Positions 26,923 to 36,516 of a stretch of 64,000 bases of DNA are shown here, in pieces. Source of the stretch: Vicinamibacterales bacterium (GTDB lineage: Bacteria > Acidobacteriota > Vicinamibacteria > Vicinamibacterales > UBA2999); the NCBI GenBank assembly GCA_035711805.1, contig DASTBV010000147.1:91334-155333 (forward strand). The letters are read 5' to 3'. Positions within the stretch are counted from its first letter, which is position 1; the number at the start of each line of letters is the position of its first letter. Under the pieces are notes generated by a model. It saw only the letters and a program-made list of their open reading frames with translations, did not search any database and was not told where the DNA came from. The translations under genes and the position numbers were made by a program.

Positions 26923-27627
26923 CTATTCACCCAGGTACGCCTCGCGGATCCTCGGATCCCCGGCAATGGAGGCGGCGCTGCCTTCGAGCGTGACGGCGCC
27001 GGTCTCGAGGACGTAGCCGCGATCCGAATGCTTGAGGGCCGCGTTCGCGTTCTGCTCGACGAGCAGCACGGTCGTCCCGGTGGCCTTGATCTGGTCGATC
27101 GTCGCGAAGATCGTATGGCAGACGATAGGGGCGAGGCCGAGGGACGGTTCGTCGAGCAGCAGCAGCTTCGGCCGCGACATCAGCGCCCGTGCGATTGCCA
27201 GCATCTGCTGCTCCCCGCCGGACAAGGTGCCCGACCGCTGCTTCACGCGCTCGCGCAGCCGCGGGAACAGGGTGAAACTTCGTTCGATGTCGTCCCGGAT
27301 CTGTGCCTGATTGCGGACCCGATACGCGCCCATTTCGAGATTCTCGAGCACCGTCAGGTTGGCGAAGATCCCGCGGCCTTCCGGCGCCATTGAGATGCCG
27401 CGCCCGACGAGCTGGTGAGCGGGAAGGCCGGCGATGTCCGCGCCCTCGAAGCGGATTCGGCCGCTGCGCGGCGCGAGCAGGCCCGTGATTGCGCGCAGGG
27501 TGGTCGACTTGCCCGCGCCGTTGGCGCCAATCAGAGTGACGACCTCGCCCGCCTCGACGCGCAGCGACACGTCGCGGAGCGCGTGAATTCCGCCGTAGTA
27601 GACGTTGACGTTCTCGAGCGTCAGCAT
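26923..27627 (-). CDS. livF: Branched-chain amino acid ABC transporter ATP-binding protein LivF
   Basis: 234 aa with Walker A (GANGAGKST), signature (LSGGEQQML) and a LivF-type C-terminus. Confidence 0.9.
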   Translation of the reverse strand: MLTLENVNVYYGGIHALRDVSLRVEAGEVVTLIGANGAGKSTTLRAITGLLAPRSGRIRFEGADIAGLPAHQLVGRGISMAPEGRGIFANLTVLENLEMGAYRVRNQAQIRDDIERSFTLFPRLRERVKQRSGTLSGGEQQMLAIARALMSRPKLLLLDEPSLGLAPIVCHTIFATIDQIKATGTTVLLVEQNANAALKHSDRGYVLETGAVTLEGSAASIAGDPRIREAYLGE

Positions 27628-27640
27628 CGCTCGTCCGCCC

Positions 27641-28411
27641 TCAGGCGCCCCCCAGGTACGCTTCGATCACCTTGGGGTTCTTCTGAATCTCAGCCGGCGG
27701 CCCGATAGCGATCGTCTCGCCGTAGTCGATGACGTGGACCGTCTCGCAGACCCCCATGACCACCTTCATGTTGTGCTCGACGAGCAGGATCGTCAGCGCG
27801 AACTCGTCCCGCAACCGCCGGATCACGCGCATGAGATCGAGCGCCTCTTGCGGATTCATGCCGGCCGCCGGTTCGTCGAGCAAGAGCAGTTGCGGGTCGG
27901 TCGCCAGCGCGCGGGCGATCTCGAGCCGGCGCTGACTGCCGTAGGGGAGGCTGATGGCTGTCTCGTCGGCCAGGCGCTGAAGATCGAAGAGCTCGAGCAG
28001 CGCCATCGATCGGGCCCGGATTTCGCGTTCTTCCTCGTGATGACGCGATGTACCCAGGACCGCGTCGGCGAATGTCTGCCGGCTGCGGAGGTGCCGCGCG
28101 GCCATCACGTTTTCGAGCACGCTCAGATCGGGAAACAGACGGATGTTCTGGAACGTGCGCGCGATGCCGAGGCGCGTGATCTCGTGCGGCTTGCGGCCCT
28201 CGATGCGAGCCCCCTCGAAGAGCATGTCGCCGTCGGTCGGGTCGTAGACACCGGTGAGCAGGTTGAAGACGGTCGTCTTTCCGGCGCCGTTGGGGCCGAT
28301 CAGTCCGTACAAGGCCCCGCGCTCCACCTTCATGGTGAGCGTCTTGACGGCCGTCAGCCCGCCGAATCGTTTGGTGACTGCACGTGTCTCCAGCAGGGCA
28401 GTGGTCATCAC
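27641..28411 (-). CDS. livG: Branched-chain amino acid ABC transporter ATP-binding protein LivG
   Basis: 256 aa with GPNGAGKTT and the LivG-type C-terminal extension (...NPKVIEAYLG). Confidence 0.9.
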   Translation of the reverse strand: MMTTALLETRAVTKRFGGLTAVKTLTMKVERGALYGLIGPNGAGKTTVFNLLTGVYDPTDGDMLFEGARIEGRKPHEITRLGIARTFQNIRLFPDLSVLENVMAARHLRSRQTFADAVLGTSRHHEEEREIRARSMALLELFDLQRLADETAISLPYGSQRRLEIARALATDPQLLLLDEPAAGMNPQEALDLMRVIRRLRDEFALTILLVEHNMKVVMGVCETVHVIDYGETIAIGPPAEIQKNPKVIEAYLGGA

Positions 28412-29439
28412 TTGATCGCCGCGGCCGGCGCAGCCGGGCCGCGCCGCCGCAGCCAGGTCCAGCCGAGCTCGCGCCGCCCGAATAATCCCTGCGGCCGGAA
28501 GATCATCATCAGAATGAGCAGCAGGGCGTAGGTCACCATCCGGAGCCCGGGAAACTGCTGGTCGAGCCTGCGAAGGGCCTCCGGCAGGATGGTGAGTGTC
28601 GTGGCGCCGAAAACCGCCCCGGTGATCGAGCCGATGCCGCCGATGACGATCATCACGATGATTTCGATCGAGCGGACGAAATTCAGGTTCTGTGGATTCA
28701 GCGGATTCGCGAACAGTTGTCCCGAAAGGCCGCCCGCGACCCCGGCCAGCGCCGCGCTGATGACGAACGCCAGCACCTTGTAACGCGTCGTGCTGATGCC
28801 CATGGCCTCGGCAGCAATTTCGTCGCCGCGGATCGTGGCGAGCACGCGACCGAACGTCGACGTCGCGATATTGCGGACGATCACGATCGTCAGGATCGCC
28901 ACCGCAAAGATCCAGAAGAAGTTCGTGATCGGGATGGCGGCGGTAAACCCGGTTGCGCCGCCGACAGCGGGAATATTCAGAATGATCACCCGGATGATCT
29001 CGGAAAACCCGAGCGTGACGATGGCGAGGTAGTCGCCACGCAGCCGCAGCGACGGGATGCCGACCGCCAGACCGGCCACGGCTGCTGCCGCGGCACCGGT
29101 CAGCAGACTGATCAGCATCACGACGGCCGCCCCGACGGCATCGTCCAGCGAGGAGCCGAACAGGCCCGCGATCGCACGGCCGTAATACACGGTGACGAAC
29201 GTCGCGCTGTAGCCGCCAACCGCCATGAAGCCGGCATGCCCGATGGAGAACTGACCGGCGAGCCCGTTGATCAGGTTGAGGCTGACGGCAAGGGTGATGT
29301 TGATGCCGATCAGGTTGAGGATGCGCGCGTAATAGGCGTTGATGCGGAAGTCGCCGAATCCGTGCTCGAAGAGGTAGTTCAGGCCGACCAGGAGGCCGAT
29401 CGTGACGGTCGTCGCGAGGAGCTTCGTCGGCACCCGCAT
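28408..29439 (-). CDS. livM: Branched-chain amino acid ABC transporter permease LivM
   Basis: Polytopic permease. ATG 29439 is chosen, 16 nt after the livH stop; the track start at 29592 lies inside livH. Confidence 0.85.
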   Translation of the reverse strand: MRVPTKLLATTVTIGLLVGLNYLFEHGFGDFRINAYYARILNLIGINITLAVSLNLINGLAGQFSIGHAGFMAVGGYSATFVTVYYGRAIAGLFGSSLDDAVGAAVVMLISLLTGAAAAAVAGLAVGIPSLRLRGDYLAIVTLGFSEIIRVIILNIPAVGGATGFTAAIPITNFFWIFAVAILTIVIVRNIATSTFGRVLATIRGDEIAAEAMGISTTRYKVLAFVISAALAGVAGGLSGQLFANPLNPQNLNFVRSIEIIVMIVIGGIGSITGAVFGATTLTILPEALRRLDQQFPGLRMVTYALLLILMMIFRPQGLFGRRELGWTWLRRRGPAAPAAAIK

Positions 29440-29455
29440 GCGAAAGTTCGGCGCC

Positions 29456-30355
29456 CTAGACCTTCTCGACCGTTGCCGTTCCCATGATGCCGGCCGGCCT
29501 GAAGAGCAGGATGAGAATGAGCACCGCGAATGCCGCGGCGTCGCGGAACGTGGAATAGGCGGTGGCGCCGAGCCACGTCTCCAGGAGACCAATGAGCACG
29601 CCGCCGATCATCGCGCCTGGAATGTTGCCGATGCCGCCGAGCACCGCTGCGACGAACGCCTTGAGGCCGGTCATCAGCCCCATCAGCGGATCGATTCGTG
29701 GAATGGCGAGGGCCACCATGACGCCCCCCACCGCGGCCAGCGCCGAGCCGAGCGCGAATGTGAAGGCGATCACGTAGTCGGTGTTGATGCCCATGAGTTT
29801 GGCCACCGACAGGTTGAACGAGGTCGCACGCATCGCCTTGCCGATGCGCGTCCGATGGACGATGAACTGGAGCCCGAACATCACGACGATGGCGACGACG
29901 ATGATGAGGAGGTTCTGGTTGGTAATCTGCACGCCGCCGACCGAGTAGACCTCCGCGCGAATCATCTGCGGAAAGAACCGGGGATTGGCGCCGAACACCA
30001 CCTGGCCGCCGTACTCCAGCAACAGCGAAACGCCGATGGCGGTGATGAGGGCCGTCAGCCGCGAATGATGCCGCACGGGCCGGTAGGCCAGACGCTCGAT
30101 CAGCACGCCGATGAGGCTGCAGATGGCCATCGCCCCGAGCGTGACGACGATGGCACCGGCGATGGAAGGGGAGGCGTCGAGGTCCAGCGCGTTGGCGAGG
30201 AAATAGCCGGCGAACGCGCCGAGCATGTAGACGTCGCCGTGCGCGAAGTTGATGAGGCGCAGGACCCCGTAGACCATCGTGTAGCCGAGCGCGATGAGCG
30301 CGTAGATCGCGCCGAGCGACAACCCGTTGATCAGCTGCTGGAGAACGGTGTCCAC
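29456..30355 (-). CDS. livH: Branched-chain amino acid ABC transporter permease LivH
   Basis: 299 aa (MDTVLQQLINGLSLGAIYALIALGYTMVYGVLRLINFAHGD). Confidence 0.9.
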   Translation of the reverse strand: MDTVLQQLINGLSLGAIYALIALGYTMVYGVLRLINFAHGDVYMLGAFAGYFLANALDLDASPSIAGAIVVTLGAMAICSLIGVLIERLAYRPVRHHSRLTALITAIGVSLLLEYGGQVVFGANPRFFPQMIRAEVYSVGGVQITNQNLLIIVVAIVVMFGLQFIVHRTRIGKAMRATSFNLSVAKLMGINTDYVIAFTFALGSALAAVGGVMVALAIPRIDPLMGLMTGLKAFVAAVLGGIGNIPGAMIGGVLIGLLETWLGATAYSTFRDAAAFAVLILILLFRPAGIMGTATVEKV

Positions 30356-30356
30356 G

Positions 30357-31541
30357 CTAGCCGGGATTGATGGTCGTCTTGTAGATGAACGTCACCTTGC
30401 CGCCGGCATAGGTCACTTCCTGCACCACCGCAGGCTTGTCGACATTGCGCTTGGCGTTCATTTTCAGCTGCCCGGTCACGCCGGGCACGTCCGCCGACGC
30501 GATCGCATCGCGCAGCTTGGGGCCCTCGGTGGACTGGGCGCGGGTGAGCGAGTCGGCCAGCACCTTGATCGCGTCGTAGCCCAGCGCGGCGATGGCGTCG
30601 GGCTCGCGGTTGAAGCGTTTCCTGTACGCGGTGACGAAGTTCTGGACGATGGGATCGGGGTTATCGCCGGAATAGTGGTTCGAGATGTACGTGTTATTGA
30701 GCGCTTCGCGGCCGTTCTGCAACGCGTCGCCGACCCAGCCGTCGCCGCCGAGGATGGGCATCTTCATGCCGAGCTCGCGCGCCTGTCTGGTGATGATTGC
30801 GGCCTCGGAGTAGTAGCCGGTGGCAAACAGGACGTCGGGCTTTTCGCTGCGGATGCGTGTGAGCGCGGCCTTGAAGTCGGCGTCGCCGCTCGAGTAGCTC
30901 ACCGGCGGCAGCACCTGGCCGCCAAGCCGGGTAAAGTGCTGCGCCACCGAATCCGTGAGGCCGACCGAGTAGTCCTGCGCCTGATCGCGGAGAATCGCGA
31001 CCTTGCGCGCCTTCAGGTCGTTGTAGGCGAACTTCGCCAGCACCTCGCCCTGGAACGGGTCGATGAAGCAGACGCGGAAGACGTAGTCGCCGACCTCCGT
31101 CACCTTCTCGTTGGTCGAGGCGGGCGTGATCATCGGTATCTGATATCGCTGCGCGATCGGTGCGGCAGCCAGGGTACGGCGGCTCGCCACTTCGCCGATC
31201 ACCGCCACCACCTTGTCCTGCGTGATCAGTTTCGTCACCGCATTCGACGCTTCTTCCGGCTTGCTCTGGTCGTCTTCGACGAGGAGCCGAAGCTGGCGGC
31301 CGAGGACACCGCCGGCGGCGTTCAGCTCGTCGACCGCGAGCTCGGCGCCTTCACGCGACGATTGCCCGAACGAAGCGCCGTCGCCCGTCAGTGAACCATA
31401 GAAGCCGACGAGAATGGCGCCGGTGGTGTCGGTGGCGCCGCCCGATTTGCGCTCGCACGCGACCATTGACATCAGGCCGGTGGTGAGAAGCAGCCACGTG
31501 GTCGTTGCGCACAAGATCCGGGGCGCTGAACGATGTCTCAT
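30357..31541 (-). CDS. livK: Branched-chain amino acid ABC transporter substrate-binding lipoprotein
   Basis: Type I periplasmic binding fold (ILVGFYGSLTGDGASFGQSSREGAELAVDELNAAGGVLGRQL) with a lipobox-like MSMVAC. Confidence 0.88.
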   Translation of the reverse strand: MRHRSAPRILCATTTWLLLTTGLMSMVACERKSGGATDTTGAILVGFYGSLTGDGASFGQSSREGAELAVDELNAAGGVLGRQLRLLVEDDQSKPEEASNAVTKLITQDKVVAVIGEVASRRTLAAAPIAQRYQIPMITPASTNEKVTEVGDYVFRVCFIDPFQGEVLAKFAYNDLKARKVAILRDQAQDYSVGLTDSVAQHFTRLGGQVLPPVSYSSGDADFKAALTRIRSEKPDVLFATGYYSEAAIITRQARELGMKMPILGGDGWVGDALQNGREALNNTYISNHYSGDNPDPIVQNFVTAYRKRFNREPDAIAALGYDAIKVLADSLTRAQSTEGPKLRDAIASADVPGVTGQLKMNAKRNVDKPAVVQEVTYAGGKVTFIYKTTINPG

Positions 31542-31587
31542 GTCCTTGGAGAATCCGGTAACTGGCCTGAAAAGTCAACGCCATGGA

Positions 31588-31644
31588 TCGTGGCGCGAAC
31601 CCTGTCGGGTTCGCGAAGCGAGCCTGACAAGGCTCGCCCCACGA
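31588..31644. repeat. Conserved three-way-junction repeat (copy 1)
   Basis: TCGTGG [CGCGAACCC-tgtc-GGGTTCGCG] aa [GCGAGCCT-gaca-AGGCTCGC] c CCACGA. It lies in the livK/folD divergent intergenic region. Confidence 0.8.
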
Positions 31645-31773
31645 GTCCAACGCTGCGGTTTAGAATGACGCTTCGGTCGATCGCTCCGGTTCCGGGGCGA
31701 ACAGCAGGGGAGACGCGATGACGGAGCGGTCAGGCGTGCGCCGGATGCGCGCGCGCCGGGGTACGGACGCGGC

Positions 31774-32703
31774 ATGAGCGCACGGGTGCTCGATGGACAG
31801 GCGCTCGCCGATCGCATGCAGCGGGACATCAAGCCGGAGGTGGCGGCATTCGCGGAGCGCCACGGACGACCGCCAGGGCTGGCGATCGTACTCGTCGGGG
31901 ATGATCCGGCCTCCCACGTTTACGTCAACCACAAGGTCAAAGCCGGGACCGAGGCAGGATTTCGCGTCGATCTGGAGCGAATGCCGGCGACCGCGTCGCT
32001 CGACGACGTGCTCGGCCTCGTGCGGAAATTGAACGCCAGCGCCGCCCACGATGGCATCCTGGTGCAGTCGCCGCTGCCGAAGGCCATGGGCGCCGGCGCC
32101 GAACAGAAGGTGTTCGACACGATCGCCGTCGAGAAGGACGTCGACGGGTTCAGCGCGGAAAGCGTCGGACTCCTGGTCCAGAAGCGTCCCAAGCTGGTCG
32201 CGTGCACGCCAAGCGGCGTCATGGAGCTGCTCGATCGCGAAAAGATTCCAATCGCCGGCACACACGCAGTGGTCGTCGGGCGAAGCGACATCGTCGGCAA
32301 ACCGATGGCCATGCTGCTGCTGCATCGCGACGCGACGGTCACCATCGCCCATTCGCGGACACCCGATCTCGCCGGTGTCTGCCGCACGGCGGACATATTG
32401 GTTGCCGCGGTCGGTAAAGCCGGGCTGATTCGCCGCGACTTCGTGAAGCCTGGTGCCGCCGTCATCGACGTCGGCGTGAATCGAGTGGTCGACCCGGCGC
32501 TGGTCGACAGTCTGTATCCGCAATCGCATCCACGCCAGCGGGTCTTCAAGTCGAAAGGGGCGCTGCTCGTCGGAGATGTTCATCCGGAGGTGGCCGACGT
32601 GGCAGGTGCGCTGACTCCCGTCCCCGGCGGCGTGGGTCCGCTCACCATCACCATGTTGATGATGAACACGCTGACCGCGGCAAGAGGCAGGGTTGGGGGT
32701 TAG
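31774..32703 (+). CDS. folD: Bifunctional methylenetetrahydrofolate dehydrogenase/cyclohydrolase
   Basis: LDGQALA...PGLAIVLVGDDPASHVYVNHKVKA...VVGRSDIVGKPMAMLLL...PVPGGVGPLTITML. Confidence 0.93.
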   Translation: MSARVLDGQALADRMQRDIKPEVAAFAERHGRPPGLAIVLVGDDPASHVYVNHKVKAGTEAGFRVDLERMPATASLDDVLGLVRKLNASAAHDGILVQSPLPKAMGAGAEQKVFDTIAVEKDVDGFSAESVGLLVQKRPKLVACTPSGVMELLDREKIPIAGTHAVVVGRSDIVGKPMAMLLLHRDATVTIAHSRTPDLAGVCRTADILVAAVGKAGLIRRDFVKPGAAVIDVGVNRVVDPALVDSLYPQSHPRQRVFKSKGALLVGDVHPEVADVAGALTPVPGGVGPLTITMLMMNTLTAARGRVGG

Positions 32704-32706
32704 TGG

Positions 32707-33822
32707 TTGGGGGTTAGCGGTCTGAGGCTTGTCGTCGCAGTTCTTGCGGTCGCTGGCGCGTTGCAGACGCCTGCGCGTCCGAGCGCACAAGCCATATCCG
32801 TCGATGCCATAAAGCTGGCCGAGGCAGGGTCCAAAGCGTTGGAGGAACGGCGTTTTGCCGACGCGCTCGCCTCGTTCACCGCTGCCGCAAAGCTGGCTCC
32901 CCGCAACGCGAATATTGCGTTCGGGGTGGGGATCAGCGCCTTCATGCTCGGGCAGAACACCGAGGCCGAGCGCCAGTTTCAGCGCGCTCTCCAGCTCGAT
33001 CCATCGGTCACGGACGCATCGATCCTGCTGGGCGAGCTTCAGTACCGCAGCGGCCGTATCGCCGACGCTGTTGCCACTTACGAGGCGGCGTTGAAGAGGG
33101 CTCCGTCGGACGCGCGCCTGAAAGAAAAGATCGCGGAGTGGTCGGCGGAGGCTAGATCGGAGAGCCGGTTCGCCGAGACGCGCGGCGTCCATTTCCGCGT
33201 CCTGTTCGAAGGACCGGTCGATCAGGCACTGGCGCGTCGCGCCGTGGAGATGCTCGAGGCTGCGTACCTGCGGATTGGCGATGCGCTGGGTTTCTACCCG
33301 TCGCAATCGGTCGAAGTAGTGCTCTATACCTCGCAGCAGTTCCGCGACATCACTCGCGGGCCGGCGTGGGCGAACGGTGTCTATGACGGCCGCATCCGTG
33401 TTCCGGTCAAGGGCGCACTCGAGCAGGGCGGCGACCTCGAACGTGTGCTGGCTCACGAGTACGTCCACGCGATCGTCGCGAACCTGGCCGGCCGCGGGGT
33501 GCCGGCCTGGGTGAACGAAGGGCTTGCCGTCGTGTTCGAGCCGGGCGGCCTTGCCGCCGCCGACCGGGTGATGGCGGCAGCGCGCAGCCGGCCGGCGCTG
33601 TCGCAGTTGCACGACGGTTTTGGCAATCTTCCTGACGCGCAGGCGCAGCTCGCCTATGCCCAGAGCGCATTGGCGGCGCGGGCGATGCTCGACATCCGCG
33701 GACCGTCCGCCGTGCTGATGCTGCTGCGGGATCTCGGTGCGGGCGCGGCCTTCAGCACCGCCTTCCACCAGCGGATCGGCGTCCGTTACGAAGAATTTCA
33801 GGACACCGTCGCGCGCCGTTAA
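32707..33822 (+). CDS. TPR-repeat protein with a peptidase-MA-like (HExxH) domain
   Basis: Signal peptide and TPR repeats in the N-half. The C-half has VLAHEYVHAIV...WVNEGLAVVFE (a gluzincin-like HExxH...E arrangement). Confidence 0.7.
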   Translation: MGVSGLRLVVAVLAVAGALQTPARPSAQAISVDAIKLAEAGSKALEERRFADALASFTAAAKLAPRNANIAFGVGISAFMLGQNTEAERQFQRALQLDPSVTDASILLGELQYRSGRIADAVATYEAALKRAPSDARLKEKIAEWSAEARSESRFAETRGVHFRVLFEGPVDQALARRAVEMLEAAYLRIGDALGFYPSQSVEVVLYTSQQFRDITRGPAWANGVYDGRIRVPVKGALEQGGDLERVLAHEYVHAIVANLAGRGVPAWVNEGLAVVFEPGGLAAADRVMAAARSRPALSQLHDGFGNLPDAQAQLAYAQSALAARAMLDIRGPSAVLMLLRDLGAGAAFSTAFHQRIGVRYEEFQDTVARR

Positions 33823-34610
33823 CGCTGTTTCCGTGCGAACCGATTGTTCTCGCACACGAACTCGATGAGGTTCGTGTCCGCCGCCAGTCGCTGATTCCAG
33901 CGCACCGTGAACGGCCCTTCGTACGCCTTCTTGTCGTCGATCGTGATGTCGACTTCCATTCGCCCGTACGAAGGGCGGCGGAAGCGCTCGACGATCTTTC
34001 CCGCATCGGTCAGCGGATTACCGGCCATGTCCAGCCAGCCGCCGTCCCGGAAGTGTGTCGTTTCTACGACAAGCGCGTCCCCGTCCCAGCGGCCGACTGA
34101 GTACCCGTTCCACCACGGCTGCGGATCGTTGGCCGGAAGCGACCGGCCGTCCGTGAAGATCTCGCGCCGCTCCCCGTTCACCTCGTAGAGGATCAGCAGT
34201 TCGCCCGGCGTCTGGACGTACCGTGCAACGCCGGCCGACGTGTGAAGCTGGACGATCCCCATCGGCAGGCAGAGCCCGCGCGGATTGTCCTGGCTGTTGG
34301 TGGCCCGACGCGCGTTGTACAGCTCTTCGCCGTAGGCGGTCCGTCGAAACACGAACAGCGGCGCGATATAGATGCCGGCGGTATACGCGACGTCACGTCC
34401 GGGATAGCTGAATCCTGTCGGGCGGCCGCCGCCACTCCATGTTCCCGACAGGTCAGGCTTGCCGTCGCTGCTGCGCGGCGTTGGCCCGTCGAGGTCGATT
34501 TCGCCAGCGGCCGTGAGTGGAGCGTTTGCCGGCGCCCTCGCCGGCCACTGTGCGTGAGGCGAGGTGACGGATACGACGAGCGCTGCCACGACGGCGACGG
34601 CCCGGTTCAT
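33819..34610 (-). CDS. Conserved hypothetical exported protein
   Basis: Signal peptide (MNRAVAVVAALVVSVTSPHA). Motifs DGKPDLSGTWSG and WDGDALVVETTHF recur in uncharacterised exported proteins. Its stop overlaps the convergent upstream gene's stop by 4 nt. Confidence 0.6.
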   Translation of the reverse strand: MNRAVAVVAALVVSVTSPHAQWPARAPANAPLTAAGEIDLDGPTPRSSDGKPDLSGTWSGGGRPTGFSYPGRDVAYTAGIYIAPLFVFRRTAYGEELYNARRATNSQDNPRGLCLPMGIVQLHTSAGVARYVQTPGELLILYEVNGERREIFTDGRSLPANDPQPWWNGYSVGRWDGDALVVETTHFRDGGWLDMAGNPLTDAGKIVERFRRPSYGRMEVDITIDDKKAYEGPFTVRWNQRLAADTNLIEFVCENNRFARKQR

Positions 34611-34650
34611 GGGGGCAAGGGTAGCGGCGGCTTGTTACGGGAGTGTTACC

Positions 34651-34675
34651 CGCGTTCGCGCTTCGCGCTTCGGCG
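34651..34675. repeat. Tandem heptamers TTCGCGC (x2-3), sharing the CGCGAA core with 12526-12562 in inverse orientation
   Basis: cgcgttcgcgcttcgcgcttcggcg, between the coaE stop and the next gene's start. Confidence 0.6.
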
Positions 34676-34685
34676 AGGCGGGCCC

Positions 34686-35279
34686 TCAGGCAGACAGGCG
34701 CTTGTAAACCTCATGAACTTGGGCGTTCGTGCTGGCAAGCAGTCCATCGGTCCTGATCACGTGATCGGCGCGGCGGACCTTTTCCTCGATCGGCAGTTGC
34801 GCGGCGATGCGCTGTTTAGCCTCGCCTTCGCTGATGCCGTCACGCGCCATGACGCGGCGGATCTGCGTCGGGAGTTCGCAGGCGGTCACGATGACGACGT
34901 CGTAATCTCGCTCGCGGCCGGCTTCGTAGAGCAGCGGAACGTCGGCGATGGCGAATGGATGCACCCGGGCATCGAGCGACGAGAACCAGCGGTCGATCGC
35001 CTCGACCACTTCCGGATGGATGATCCCCTCGAGGTCTTTACGCGCCTGTGGGTCCGCGAAAACCACGCTGCCGAGCTTCCGGCGATCGAGTCCGCCGGCT
35101 GAGTCGAGAACAGAGGGCCCGAACCGGGCCTTCACCGCTTCGAAAGCGGCCGATCCGGGCGCCACCGCCTTGTGGGCGAGAACGTCCGCGTCGATCGTCG
35201 GCACCCCGAGCGCTTCGAACACCGCACGAACGTGGCTCTTGCCGGTCGCGATTCCGCCCGTCAGACCTACGCGTTTCAC
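34686..35279 (-). CDS. coaE: Dephospho-CoA kinase
   Basis: MKRVGLTGGIATGKSHV P-loop; 197 aa. Confidence 0.9.
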   Translation of the reverse strand: MKRVGLTGGIATGKSHVRAVFEALGVPTIDADVLAHKAVAPGSAAFEAVKARFGPSVLDSAGGLDRRKLGSVVFADPQARKDLEGIIHPEVVEAIDRWFSSLDARVHPFAIADVPLLYEAGRERDYDVVIVTACELPTQIRRVMARDGISEGEAKQRIAAQLPIEEKVRRADHVIRTDGLLASTNAQVHEVYKRLSA

Positions 35280-35280
35280 G

Positions 35281-36516
35281 TCAGCTCTCCGCTACGGTTG
35301 TTTCCTTGGCTGGTGCGATCCGTTCCTCCACGAATGTATTCCATTCGTGGCACTGGGGGCACTGCCAGAGCAGCTCGGTGCTGCGATAGCGGCAGTGCGT
35401 GCACACATGAGGGTCGAGGTAGAACACCGCATCGCGTGTCAGCGCGACATAGCGCCGCACCAGATCCTGGTTCAAACCCAGCGCAAGCAGCGCCTGCCAG
35501 ATCTCCTGGTGCACGACCAGCCCATGCGGATTGTGGGGCAGCGACGCGAGGAGCAGGTCGAAGGCTTCGCGCGCGTTGCCGGCGGCGGCGTAATAGCGCG
35601 ACAGCGCCAGCCGAGCGCGCCAGTCCTGCGGATTCCGAGCGATCAGCTGCTGACACAAGGCGACGAACCGCTGCGGCGAACCAGAGCCCTTGTACGCCCG
35701 TTCGAGCCGTTCATACGCCAGATATGCGCGTTCCGGGATCGTTTCGACAAGGCTCTCCCACGCCGCGATGGCAGCGGCCGTGTCGCCGCGCTGAAAGTGC
35801 ATGTCGCCCAGGTTGAGATAGGCCGGGGCCGTCTTCGGATCGATATCGATCGCCTCGCGAAACATGGCCGAGGCGGCTTCCGCGTCGCCCCCCCGGACGG
35901 TCTCGGTGCCGAGCTGGTTGCGGAGAAAACCGAGGATCTGCTGATTCTCGGGCCGGCGATGACCGTCGATCCTGGCAATCTGGGCGCGCACGCGCTCGGC
36001 GTCCGCCCATTGCTGCTGATCCTCGTGCAGCTTCTGCAGGTTGACGAGCGCGTAGCGGTTTTCGGGATCGAGCTGCACGACTTCCTGAAACGCTTCGAGC
36101 GCGCGATCGACGAATCCGCCATGCCGGAAATCCAGGCCGAGGCAGAGCAGCACGTAGGCGTGCTCGAGACGCGTGAGGTTGGTGCGCTGCAGCAGCGCCT
36201 GGTGCACGGTGATGGCGCGGGCGACCTGCCCCTTCTGCCGGTAGAGGTTGCCGAGGATCATCTGAATTTCGAGGGCGTCGGTGTCGCTGCTCGTGGCGGC
36301 CGTCAGTTCCTCGATGGCCTGATCGACCTGATGCTCGGTGAGGAAGTTCAGGCCGAGCATGTAGTGCGGTGTCTCGCGCAGGCGGCGGCGATCGATCCAC
36401 CGCCCGTCGCGCAGCTTGTATCGCTCCCACGCCTTGCCCGCGATGAGGCCAACGAGCAGGGCCAGCAGGGCGGCGAGAAGGGGAAGGTATTGACTCACGG
36501 CGAAGTCAAAAGGCAA
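35281..36516 (-). CDS. lapB: Lipopolysaccharide assembly protein LapB (YciM)
   Basis: N-terminal transmembrane segment, TPR array and a C-terminal rubredoxin-like CTHCRYRSTELLWQCPQCHEWNTF. The start is ambiguous: TTG 36516 lies inside the repeat, and GTG 36498 is the alternative. Confidence 0.85.
   Translation of the reverse strand: MPFDFAVSQYLPLLAALLALLVGLIAGKAWERYKLRDGRWIDRRRLRETPHYMLGLNFLTEHQVDQAIEELTAATSSDTDALEIQMILGNLYRQKGQVARAITVHQALLQRTNLTRLEHAYVLLCLGLDFRHGGFVDRALEAFQEVVQLDPENRYALVNLQKLHEDQQQWADAERVRAQIARIDGHRRPENQQILGFLRNQLGTETVRGGDAEAASAMFREAIDIDPKTAPAYLNLGDMHFQRGDTAAAIAAWESLVETIPERAYLAYERLERAYKGSGSPQRFVALCQQLIARNPQDWRARLALSRYYAAAGNAREAFDLLLASLPHNPHGLVVHQEIWQALLALGLNQDLVRRYVALTRDAVFYLDPHVCTHCRYRSTELLWQCPQCHEWNTFVEERIAPAKETTVAES

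Noticed and set aside
31660-33855. A 731-aa ORF on the minus strand spanning the folD and TPR-peptidase region
   Set aside because: It is antisense to two genes with clear family signatures. Its translation is Arg/Ala/Gly/Pro-rich and low-complexity with no motif. It is a typical stop-poor antisense frame in GC-rich DNA.
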